NCBI GenBank assembly: GCA_965661985.1
Contig: CBFIFY010000003.1
Coordinates: 29,207 to 93,206, forward strand
Source of the DNA: an uncultured Myxococcota bacterium
GTDB taxonomy: Bacteria; Myxococcota_A; UBA796
Length of the DNA stretch: 64,000 nt
Direction of reading: 5' to 3'
Of the stretch, positions 45,836-54,331 are shown one piece after another (position 1 is the first letter of the stretch; every line of letters starts with the position of its first letter). The translations under genes were made by a program, and so were the position numbers. Below the pieces are notes generated by a model that saw nothing but the letters and a program-made list of their open reading frames with translations, made no database searches and was not told where the DNA came from.

Positions 45836-46190
45836 GATTGCTCCATTGTGTGTTGTGAGCGAGTATGAGCAAAAAGTGTGCCAATGATAGGGTGTCGGTA
45901 GGTTCGATACTGTACGATGTTAGTTGAAAAGTTAGTCAATTGTTGGTCAATGCTTCGTCAGTAGATGGGCTACATCGTCGATAGAATCGAAAATGGATTG
46001 GTCAATTTGACTGACCAAATTGGTGAATTTTCGTCAGTTTGTTTGGTTGTGTGTAAAATACCTCAATCATTTCAAGTATTTGTGTATTTCAAAAATTGAC
46101 GAAAACACCAAGTATTGAATATTCGTCGGTTTTGGCATAGGAAAGATAAAAGATCTATCAAACATTCATCCAACGACGGAGAACAGCATC

Positions 46191-47657
46191 ATGTTGTCGA
46201 TTTTACTCACACTCACCGGTTGCATCAGTATAGACCCACCTGAGAACCCATTGGCCATCGACGATGACCGAGACGGTTACACCGAGTTTGAAGGGGACTG
46301 TAATGATCAAGACCCAAACACCTTCCCAGGTTCGGTGACGGAGGCGACATCGAATGAGTGTATGAAAGACGATGACGGTGATGGGTTTGGTGATGTGGAT
46401 GTGTCTGGGTACTTCGATGTGGGTACGGATTGCGATGACTCGAATCGGTTTATCTTTCCGGGTGCTGCAGAGAATGAGTCGGACAGTGAATGTTTGACCG
46501 ATGAAGATGAAGATGGTTGGATTGCAGAGTTAGGTGATTGTGACGATGGTGATGCTAGTACTGTTGATGACATGGATTGTGATGGTGTGTTGAGTGTGGA
46601 TGATTGTGACGATGGTGATTCGAGTATGCCGAACAATGATAATGATTGTGATGGTGTGTTGAGCGTAGATGATTGTGACGATGGTGATGCGAGTACGATT
46701 GATGACATGGATTGTGATGGTGTGTTGAGTGTAGATGATTGTGATGATGATGATTCAAGTTTATTGGAACAATCAAATGACTTGGATTGTGATGGTGTGT
46801 TGAGTGTGGATGATTGTGACGATGGTGATGCTAGTACTGTTTATGACATGGACTGTGATGGAGTATTGAGTGTAGATGATTGTGATGATGGTGATCCTCT
46901 TGTCATGGATCTTTGTATTGATATTGGAAGTCTGTCTTTTGAGGCGATGTTAATTTCAGCTGGTACCTTTACGATGGGTTGTACAAGTGAGCAGGGAACC
47001 AATTGCTACTCAAATGAGAGTCCGACACATCAAGTTACCTTGACTCAAAATTTTTATATGATGCAGACTGAAGTTACACAAGGGGTTTATGCACAAGTGA
47101 TGGGTAGTAATCCAAGTTCATTTTCTGGTTCGAACCGACCGGTTGAAAGTGTTTCTTGGTTGGATGCTATTCAATTTGCAAATGAATTGAGTGTTCAGCA
47201 AGGACTGTCTGAATGTTATGTTTTGAATGGAACCAACGTAAGTTGGTCGCAAACTGGTTGTACAGGCTGGAGGTTGCCAACAGAGGCAGAGTGGGAGTAT
47301 GCTGCAAGAGGTGGAGAAGTGTTTCAATACCCAGGAAGTAACAATCCCAGTGACGTTGCGTGGTACAACTCCAATAGTGGTTCTCAAACACACAATGTGT
47401 GTGTTTTACAGACCAACGGCTATGGTCTTTGCGATATGAGTGGTAATGTTTCGGAGTGGGTTTGGGATATTGCTGGATTGTATAGTGGTGCATCACTTGT
47501 AGATCCGAGAGGTGCATCGAGTGGTTGTTGCCGAGTATTAAGAGGTGCTGGTTATAATCGACCTGTAGATCATATGAGAGTTTCAAAGCGTGGAAACACT
47601 AGTGGATCGAATATTGCTTCTTATAGAGGTTTTCGTCTTTGTCGTAATCCCAACTAA
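46191..47657 (+). CDS. lipoprotein with tandem Asp/Cys-rich (MopE-like metal-binding) repeats and C-terminal FGE/SUMF1-fold domain
   Basis: Lipobox LTLTGC. Five units of DCDGVLSVDDCDDGDAST.DDM. The C-terminal blocks FTMGCT, PTHQVTL, SWLDAIQFAN, RLPTEAEWEYAARGG, GNVSEWVWD and RVLRGAGY, and the terminal FRLCRN, are FGE-sulfatase family blocks. Confidence 0.85.
   Translation: MLSILLTLTGCISIDPPENPLAIDDDRDGYTEFEGDCNDQDPNTFPGSVTEATSNECMKDDDGDGFGDVDVSGYFDVGTDCDDSNRFIFPGAAENESDSECLTDEDEDGWIAELGDCDDGDASTVDDMDCDGVLSVDDCDDGDSSMPNNDNDCDGVLSVDDCDDGDASTIDDMDCDGVLSVDDCDDDDSSLLEQSNDLDCDGVLSVDDCDDGDASTVYDMDCDGVLSVDDCDDGDPLVMDLCIDIGSLSFEAMLISAGTFTMGCTSEQGTNCYSNESPTHQVTLTQNFYMMQTEVTQGVYAQVMGSNPSSFSGSNRPVESVSWLDAIQFANELSVQQGLSECYVLNGTNVSWSQTGCTGWRLPTEAEWEYAARGGEVFQYPGSNNPSDVAWYNSNSGSQTHNVCVLQTNGYGLCDMSGNVSEWVWDIAGLYSGASLVDPRGASSGCCRVLRGAGYNRPVDHMRVSKRGNTSGSNIASYRGFRLCRNPN
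46536..46895 (+). repeat. in-frame tandem coding repeats (~66-75 bp units, about 5 copies)
   Basis: The protein reads DCDDGDASTVDDM-DCDGVLSVD-DCDDGDSSMPNNDN-DCDGVLSVD-DCDDGDASTIDDM-DCDGVLSVD-DCDDDDSSLLEQSNDL-DCDGVLSVD-DCDDGDASTVYDM-DCDGVLSVD-DCDDGD. The nucleotide units are near-identical. Confidence 0.9.
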
Positions 47658-47802
47658 GTATTTTGTATATCTACGACATTTGGGGTTTGATTTGGTTTGT
47701 GCTTTTATGAGATTCTACATTTGCTCGACTAAAGTAATGTGAGTCGATTTAGAGAGTACTGGAACTTCAAATCAAAAAAATGTACTTCTGTACTCAAATT
47801 CA

Positions 47803-47884
47803 GTATAGGTCTCTTTCATATCATCCACTCTCATCATTGAAACTACGAGGTTGTTGGATGTTGCTGGGTGACTTGGGTGTGTTC
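47803..47884 (+). repeat. third, truncated copy of the 44.2-kb repeat core
   Basis: ATCATCCACTCTCATCATTGAAACTACGAG.TTGTTG......TGCTGGGTGACTTGGGTG is shared with 44444-44500. Same orientation, again in a convergent intergenic region. Confidence 0.8.
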
Positions 47885-47904
47885 AAGTGTATCTAGGACT
47901 GGTG

Positions 47905-49431
47905 TTAGTCGCCCGCCAGTTCACATCGATCGCCAACATCATCTCCATCGGCGTCGCTCTGGTAATCTTCAAAGATGCCAGTGTGGACAGGAGACAAAAT
48001 GAGGTCGGTGATCGGCTCCCCATTTTCTGTGAGGCGAAAGAACATGCCCCATCCACCACCGTTGTCGTGTACTTGGGTGAGGATGTAATTCCAACCGGCG
48101 TCGAGATTGGATGGGAAAGTGTATTTGTCTACACTGGCGCCTTGACAGGTTTGAGATTCTCCCACAAATGTGCCGTTGACCCAGACTCGACCTGCGTCGT
48201 CCGGACCAAACTTTACATCGACGCTTCGAGCATTGTCGCTGTAAACCCAGATGCCGGCAAACACGTTGCGCGCAGGAGAGAGGTCTTTGATTCCGATAAT
48301 TGTGTTGTAATCAATTCGACTGCCACCACTTTCATAGAGAGACCAATAAACGGTGTCTTCATTGTAATTGAGCAAGGTGTTGTACAGGGATGGAATGATG
48401 CTGGTTTCTGTGATTTCGTAGATGTTGTCGACGGTTTGACAGTTGCCTGTTTGTAGAGCGTTGACATTGTGGCCATCGGTCAGCACCCACGTTCGAAAGA
48501 AGCCGTCTTCATCGGGAGCGAATTCGATAGGACCGTTGTTGCTGTGCAACGGACAGTTGTCTTCTTCATCAATCAGTCCATCGTCATCATCGTCTTCGTC
48601 GCAGTTGTTGGCAAATGTGTCGCCGTCAACATCTTCGGTTTCGGTTAAGATTGGGTCTATCAAACTGCAACTGTCTGGCTGAATTTCCCATTCAAGGGTG
48701 TACTCTTCTACGGCTGTGCCGAATAGTCCCTGAAGGCAAAAGGTGGTTTCTGTCTCTGTGCTACTGGTCAAATATCGGGCACTGCTGTCGTTGATGGGTT
48801 CAATTGTGGGGCAACTGTCGTCGATGGGTAGATCGGACGCGACTTCAACTCCGTCTTCCAAAATGCTGATTCGCATGAGGTGAGAGCAAATTTCTTGGTC
48901 TGGGTTGACGGTGAATTCAATGTATTCATTCTCTTCAAAATCAAAGGTGTAGCAGTCTGTGTCTTGCTCCCACAACATCCCTCGAAGTGACCCACTGTCA
49001 GCCAACACCGTTGCCGTCAGATTGCTGTCGTTTGGTTCCATTTCAAACGTGCCATCTTCAACAGCGCAATCTTCGTCGCAACCATCAACGTTCCAGAGAT
49101 TGCTGTCGTCGCATTCCTCTGTGGAATCGAGTATGCCATCCCCACATTTGGGCAACAAACAGTCTGTGCGACAGGCATCTGCGACATTGGCGTTGTTCTC
49201 ACCGTCATCGCACTCTTCAAAGGGAGCGTTGACGATACCGTCTCCACATTCACCGACGATGTCCTCTGTGGGCTCAGCAGTATCTTCGCTTCCAGTATCC
49301 TCAGTGGCATCTGAAGTATCCGTGGTCACCGTGTCATTTTCTACATTGTCTTCTTTGGTATCACCACATGCACTGCTGAGTGAGAGCAGTAGGCTGAGTG
49401 CTGTCAAATTCATCCAAACAGGGGAAGCCAT
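47905..49431 (-). CDS. mosaic exported protein: two myxobacterial Cys-rich repeats, PPC-like domain, TSP3-like Asp repeats, C-terminal beta-sandwich
   Basis: Lipobox LSLSSAC. CGDGIVNAPFEECDDG and CGDGILDSTEECDD, then EMEPNDSNLTA (PPC-type), then DVDGDTFANNCDEDDDDDGLIDEEDNCP and DADGDDVGDRC. An alternative ATG at 49413 would form an ATGA overlap with the DUF1501 stop. Confidence 0.7.
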   Translation of the reverse strand: MASPVWMNLTALSLLLSLSSACGDTKEDNVENDTVTTDTSDATEDTGSEDTAEPTEDIVGECGDGIVNAPFEECDDGENNANVADACRTDCLLPKCGDGILDSTEECDDSNLWNVDGCDEDCAVEDGTFEMEPNDSNLTATVLADSGSLRGMLWEQDTDCYTFDFEENEYIEFTVNPDQEICSHLMRISILEDGVEVASDLPIDDSCPTIEPINDSSARYLTSSTETETTFCLQGLFGTAVEEYTLEWEIQPDSCSLIDPILTETEDVDGDTFANNCDEDDDDDGLIDEEDNCPLHSNNGPIEFAPDEDGFFRTWVLTDGHNVNALQTGNCQTVDNIYEITETSIIPSLYNTLLNYNEDTVYWSLYESGGSRIDYNTIIGIKDLSPARNVFAGIWVYSDNARSVDVKFGPDDAGRVWVNGTFVGESQTCQGASVDKYTFPSNLDAGWNYILTQVHDNGGGWGMFFRLTENGEPITDLILSPVHTGIFEDYQSDADGDDVGDRCELAGD

Positions 49432-50678
49432 TCGTCTACCTCAAATCCAGTGACAATCGGATGGTTGCTCAGACCGGCAATGTCTCTAAGGGCAGCGTGC
49501 ACATGCCCTGCAGTCAAAAATGTACCGTTGGGGTCAATTTCCAAGGTCTCTGGATTGACCGCCAGTGGCAGTTGATCCATGTCTGTGCCACCGATGACTC
49601 GACCACCTTGAATGTCAGAGCCCATGAACATCATTGAGCCAATGGACCAGTGATCTTTTCCATTGCCATCGTTGTAATACGGGGTGCGCGCAAAGTCAGA
49701 CCCAGCAATGACGTTGAATCGGTCTGCAATGCCCAATCGTTCGGCTTCTTGTCTGGCGAATGCCATGGCTTGTGCAACACGCAACAATCTAGGCGTGTGA
49801 TTGTTGTCGTGGTTGTTGTGGGTGTCAAACCCACCTATAGAGACGTTTGCGCTGACCGATACGCCTGCAGCAAAGCACGCCAAGGCAACTTGAATCTGAC
49901 GTTCCAGATCATCTTCGCGAAGTTCTGTCGGCATCGCCGCAACCAAGGATTGGAGTTCAGAATTGTCAGACTGCACCAATTCCAATACCTGTATGGAGTT
50001 GAGGGTTCGGGGCAAGTGGCTTTGACTTTGCACACGTCCCAGTCGGGCTGCGCGAGCCGCGTGAACCTTTTCTTGGACAGTGTTCGGCAAAAACAAGGAC
50101 TCGGGGTTGCTACTGTCTCGTCGATCTGGGTAGGCAAGGTCTTGCAACGTGTTGGTGCTGGGCAGACGGGTCACTGGCACAAGTCCATTGGTGCTGTCGT
50201 AGCCTCCGTTGCTGATGAAGGCCAGTGATGGCGCACTTTCTACTGCACCTGCAACCAACGCTGAAAATGCCGGTCTATTAGGATCTGTGTGTCCACTCCA
50301 CGTCGCACGCACACCTTGTTCGTGGCCATTGGTGCCAACGTCAATTCCGTTGATCACCAACAGTTCATTTTGAAACTCTGTGTAAAAATTTTCCAGTCCG
50401 TCGATTGGGGGAACCAAAAAGTTGCCCACTTCCAAAATTTCATCGGTGAAGTAGGTATTGATCGGTGCCACTTCAGTTTCGTTGGCTCGACCTTTGGGGT
50501 CACAAATCATGGTGGGGTCCCAGCCACCAGAGGCGTGGATGGTCAACCAAAAGGTACCGTTGTATCGGACTTGTTCTTGAGCATGGGCTTTTCGAATGGG
50601 AGACCATCCTGTGAGTGCCGACGGTACCAACAGTCCAGTTCCAGCAATGCGAAGGAAGCTTCTTCTTGAAAGGGTCAT
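49410..50678 (-). CDS. DUF1501 family protein, TAT-exported (second copy)
   Basis: Twin-arginine signal MTLSRRSFLRIAGTGLLV. Also SGGWDPT, GGFDTHNNHDNNH and SDFARTPYYNDGNGKDHW. Paralog of 16018-17289. Confidence 0.8.
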   Translation of the reverse strand: MTLSRRSFLRIAGTGLLVPSALTGWSPIRKAHAQEQVRYNGTFWLTIHASGGWDPTMICDPKGRANETEVAPINTYFTDEILEVGNFLVPPIDGLENFYTEFQNELLVINGIDVGTNGHEQGVRATWSGHTDPNRPAFSALVAGAVESAPSLAFISNGGYDSTNGLVPVTRLPSTNTLQDLAYPDRRDSSNPESLFLPNTVQEKVHAARAARLGRVQSQSHLPRTLNSIQVLELVQSDNSELQSLVAAMPTELREDDLERQIQVALACFAAGVSVSANVSIGGFDTHNNHDNNHTPRLLRVAQAMAFARQEAERLGIADRFNVIAGSDFARTPYYNDGNGKDHWSIGSMMFMGSDIQGGRVIGGTDMDQLPLAVNPETLEIDPNGTFLTAGHVHAALRDIAGLSNHPIVTGFEVDEWLPLFG

Positions 50679-50698
50679 ATCAATTCTCAGTCGGAGGG

Positions 50699-53014
50699 TT
50701 ATTCAAACAAAAAGTTGTAATCGGAGAGCAAGTAGACCATCACCCCACGCCATGCGCGAATGGTGAAGTCAGGATCGATGGCCAGTTGAAGTTCGGAAGG
50801 GAGATCGGTTCCTGTAATTGGATCTTGGACTCCCCGACAGCTGTACGTCATATAGGTACTCACTTCATCGGCTTCAATGAGTGCCTTTCCTTCAGTGTGC
50901 AGTTCCAACCAGAGATCGTACACTGCCAATACCTCAGGATCGTTGAGGCGTAATTCTTGTCCCAGTACTCGATAGAATAGATACTGAATGTTTTGCTTCA
51001 TGCGCTCTTGAACTTCTGGAATGGCAAATCCATCTTCGGTGTACGGTTCGTAGGAACTTTCTACGTATGGAAAGAGTCGGCGTTGATTGATGGGCAGAAC
51101 AAAGTCGGCACTGGTGGCTTTGCAGGCTACAGTGTTTGCCATTCTGAGTGCCACAGCACCGATGACACCGTTTGGTTCTTTGAGGCGCTGAACCACATCG
51201 TCACTGTCAATACCACCGTAGAGCAGTTTGTAATCGTCCAACAAAAAGTCACTGTTGCGGTCACCCCATCGATAACCCGTGACGGCAATAATTTGCTGGT
51301 TCAGTTCTTCTGGGGTCAACAAGCGCGCCGTTCCAGCCATCATCAGTTCGGCTTCAGATGCATTTTCATGATCGACTGCGCGATAGAACTTGGACAGCAA
51401 CACCTCACGAATTGGGATTTTTACATCCCAGCCACTTTCCATAAATTCATTGCTGACACGGTTGAAGAAGGCGTCTTGTTGTCTCCACGCTTCGTATTCT
51501 ACAGAATCTGTAGACCACTCGTATCCACGGAGGACGTCCAGTCCAGTGAACGCGTGGAACACTTGCTCAACTGTGGAACGTGCAAATCTTGGATCTTCAT
51601 AGGTTCTTTCTGCCAGCCAGCGCAGTGCATTGCCACTTTCGGTGATGGAGATGGTTTCTCCAGCGAAACCAGGTTCGTACATTTCTGCAAACCAACCCGT
51701 CTCAGGTGGATTGTAATGCCCACTGTTGTCCCAGTTTTGAAACGCGCCAGCGACGGGTTCCATCACAGAGTGACAGACGTTGCACTGAGGATCGTTCATC
51801 GTGGGGTTGTGGATGGCTGAATTGTCTGCATCGATGGGTCGATCTGCCAAAGACAAAATGTTGGTGTTCAAAAAGTATTCATAGAATACTTTCGATCGAT
51901 GTCGATTTCGGTTGGTATCGGTGGTTGGATAGCGATTCATGAAGGCCACGGAACTCAACAGACCCACCTGTGGTTGTGCGTCAAAGTCAACTGGATAGAA
52001 AATGTCGCTCTGTGGGTCGTCTATGTCTGGCGTGACAAAACGGTCGTCGCTCACACCGTAGGACATGGCAGACCAAGAGTTCATCATCGTATAATCGGCA
52101 GTCAGAATCGTGCCCCAGTGTAGGTCTTCCATGAAGACGTGGCGCATCAGTTCCAACGGTTCTCTAGCGATGGAACTGTTGACTTTGGTACGGCGATTGT
52201 TGCCCGGGTCGTTGTTGATGCTGTACCAATAGAGATTGGGGAACTTGTCATAGTCCATGCTTTGGATGGCCGTTTGACCTTGCATGTACTTATCGGTCAG
52301 CAATAGGTCATTCCACAGTGTGACCAATCGATCGGAAATCAAGGATTTGGTGTTGTCTGGATAGCCAATCTCTGTTCCATCGAGCAATTCTGTGAGCACA
52401 CGTTTGAGACCTGGCTCTCCTTCTTGCTCAACTTTGGCAAGGTGAGAGGGGGATGGCAAGGTACCCAACAAGTTGAGGGTAACTTTTCTCAGCGTTTCTT
52501 TGGGCGTGGCCAGTACCAAATCACTGCTTTCCACGCGAACATTTTCATCCCCAGGACACTCTTCGACTGGGTTCTCCAAGCGATCCACAAAGCCAACCAG
52601 TGCACTGTATGCAGGGGAATCTTCGGTGATGACTCTGCCGCCACCGTGCCCATCGAGTCCCAAGGGTTTGCGCAGAACCAGTGGGATGTCGTCGATTTCC
52701 AGTCTGGCGACATAGTGCAGTTCAGCGCTGTTGGTCTCCAAATAGCCTGGAAGGACGTTGGATTGCAATACAAGGTCGCTGTGTTGAGCTGCCCCAGTAG
52801 AGTTGTGACAGGAATAGCACACTGGACTCAGTGCTTCTCCCCAGACTTTCTGTTCAAAATAATCGGCGTCATTGACACATCCGTCGATTTCTTCTTCTGT
52901 CAAGTCCCCGGTGTCTTCAGTCTCTTCAGAGACGTCAACAACCGTATCTTCATTGGAATCCGGTGTTTTGGGTTCGCCTTGGCAGGCCACTAACCAGAGT
53001 GCGATGGGCATCAT
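50699..53014 (-). CDS. multi-domain DUF1587/1592/1588-type di-haem lipoprotein (planctomycete PSCyt/PSD-like)
   Basis: ATG 53014 gives MMPIALWLVAC, which contains a lipobox. The N-terminal CYSCHNSTGA motif and the central DPQCNVCHSVMEPVAGAFQNW motif are both present. LTADYTMMNS and TDTNRNRHRS are collinear with ORF 17300-18934. Confidence 0.75.
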   Translation of the reverse strand: MMPIALWLVACQGEPKTPDSNEDTVVDVSEETEDTGDLTEEEIDGCVNDADYFEQKVWGEALSPVCYSCHNSTGAAQHSDLVLQSNVLPGYLETNSAELHYVARLEIDDIPLVLRKPLGLDGHGGGRVITEDSPAYSALVGFVDRLENPVEECPGDENVRVESSDLVLATPKETLRKVTLNLLGTLPSPSHLAKVEQEGEPGLKRVLTELLDGTEIGYPDNTKSLISDRLVTLWNDLLLTDKYMQGQTAIQSMDYDKFPNLYWYSINNDPGNNRRTKVNSSIAREPLELMRHVFMEDLHWGTILTADYTMMNSWSAMSYGVSDDRFVTPDIDDPQSDIFYPVDFDAQPQVGLLSSVAFMNRYPTTDTNRNRHRSKVFYEYFLNTNILSLADRPIDADNSAIHNPTMNDPQCNVCHSVMEPVAGAFQNWDNSGHYNPPETGWFAEMYEPGFAGETISITESGNALRWLAERTYEDPRFARSTVEQVFHAFTGLDVLRGYEWSTDSVEYEAWRQQDAFFNRVSNEFMESGWDVKIPIREVLLSKFYRAVDHENASEAELMMAGTARLLTPEELNQQIIAVTGYRWGDRNSDFLLDDYKLLYGGIDSDDVVQRLKEPNGVIGAVALRMANTVACKATSADFVLPINQRRLFPYVESSYEPYTEDGFAIPEVQERMKQNIQYLFYRVLGQELRLNDPEVLAVYDLWLELHTEGKALIEADEVSTYMTYSCRGVQDPITGTDLPSELQLAIDPDFTIRAWRGVMVYLLSDYNFLFE

Positions 53015-53163
53015 GTTTGTACCTTGGAAAAATGATCGTAACTCACAATTAGTATAACGTATGTCACATTGCTTTGTGGACAGGATCGACCATTTGAGAC
53101 AAATGTTGAATCCCACAATCAATAGTCTATGTAGAAGGCTATTTTTCAGTTGTCGCGTCTACG

Positions 53164-54210
53164 TCACTGTGGAATGGATTGATGTTGCGTCATGGCGTAT
53201 ACAACGTCGAAAGTTTGCTCTTTCAAGTCGAGGTGTGACAAAGTCGTGTAAGACTTTTCTCCCGTTTGTTCAGGGATTCTTGCTGTGTTTTGTCCCCATA
53301 CAATACAACCAAACCCCAAGACTTCATCGCTGTGACTCCAAATGCTGTATCGATGCAGTCCTTCATATTCAGACACCCTGTTGAGTTGTTGAAGAATGTT
53401 GGCTTGGCCTGTGATCCCAAATCCGATGGATGTACCGGGATAAAGACCATCCACCGCTGAGCAAGCTGGCGTCAAGGCACCATAGCAGGAACTCAGTCCT
53501 TGGTTTGCCCCCGCAATTCCCACAAACACATCCACAAATTCGGTCAAGGGTGGCCCCAACTGAACACTTTGATTGTTGGCATCTGTAAATGCACCGCCCA
53601 AGATGGCTTTTCGTGTCAGTGTGACACCCAAAGAGTACGATACAACATCTATTTTGGGTGCCTGTGTATAGTTCAAAACGGCTTCGATGAACTGTCGGAT
53701 GTGTTTGAGGGTATCTACATCGTGCCGGTACGTAGACATGAACAGAGGGTCCGCAGGTCCATAGGTTGTCGCATAGAGTTCTGCGTTGGAGAATCCGACC
53801 TCTATAAATCGTTGCCGTTGCTTTTCCCAGCCACCGAATGTCCCTCCGATGGCACGATCCCCATTTCCATGAACAAAAACGATGGGTTTGTGGGACAGTG
53901 AGTGTCGGTCTTCTAGAAAACCACCAAAACTTCCACCGCTCAAATCCAGTCGGGTGAGATCGGCATCGTACTCAGGGTGCTGCGATAGCCACTCTTGAAA
54001 GTGGACAGAGAGATGGTCATCGGTGTTGTTCACGATTTCACTCCCTGTATCTTCATGGATGTCCACATCTCCTGAGTCATCAATCGAAGTGGAGTCTTCG
54101 GTTTCTGTCGCTGAGTCACGTGGTGTGGATGCATCCCAAGTGGCATCGGTGTTGTTGGATTTCTCAGAGCATCCCAACCAAAACATTGATGTCAAAAACC
54201 ACAGTGTCAT
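53164..54210 (-). CDS. secreted lipase/esterase, class-2 (LipA/PGAP1-like) alpha/beta hydrolase
   Basis: Lipobox MFWLGC and an acidic linker. PIVFVHGNGD and IDVVSYSLGV align with Bacillus LipA PVVMVHGIGG and VDIVAHSMGG. Confidence 0.7.
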   Translation of the reverse strand: MTLWFLTSMFWLGCSEKSNNTDATWDASTPRDSATETEDSTSIDDSGDVDIHEDTGSEIVNNTDDHLSVHFQEWLSQHPEYDADLTRLDLSGGSFGGFLEDRHSLSHKPIVFVHGNGDRAIGGTFGGWEKQRQRFIEVGFSNAELYATTYGPADPLFMSTYRHDVDTLKHIRQFIEAVLNYTQAPKIDVVSYSLGVTLTRKAILGGAFTDANNQSVQLGPPLTEFVDVFVGIAGANQGLSSCYGALTPACSAVDGLYPGTSIGFGITGQANILQQLNRVSEYEGLHRYSIWSHSDEVLGFGCIVWGQNTARIPEQTGEKSYTTLSHLDLKEQTFDVVYAMTQHQSIPQ

Positions 54211-54331
54211 TCAACTCACTTCGTGCATGGTGTACCCATAGCATAGGGCGAATGTTGTGCAGACGCAATGCATCAAAGTGAGAAAGGTACTCAGATCAAA
54301 CGCTTTGCAACTGTTTGGAAATGTTGAAGCC

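Noticed and set aside
45885-45925. tRNA-like T-arm sequence (GGTTCGATAC), and a search of all long spacers for tRNA-Sec.
   Set aside because: No complementary T-stem, acceptor stem or anticodon arm could be built around it. Likewise, the TTTCAG loop near 30530 lacks a cloverleaf context.
46555-46776. His-rich 73-aa ORF (HHHHNHLHSTHHHNP...) that looks like a metal-binding peptide.
   Set aside because: It is the antisense reading of the Asp/Cys tandem repeats of gene 46191-47657. Its periodicity is inherited from the sense-strand repeat.
46191-47657. Diversity-generating retroelement (DGR) target: FGE/CLec-fold C-termini are classic DGR variable regions, and two such genes are present (also 60607-61473).
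   Set aside because: There is no reverse transcriptase ORF anywhere in the window. I could find no template-repeat copy of either gene's 3' end. Both genes are followed directly by convergent genes.
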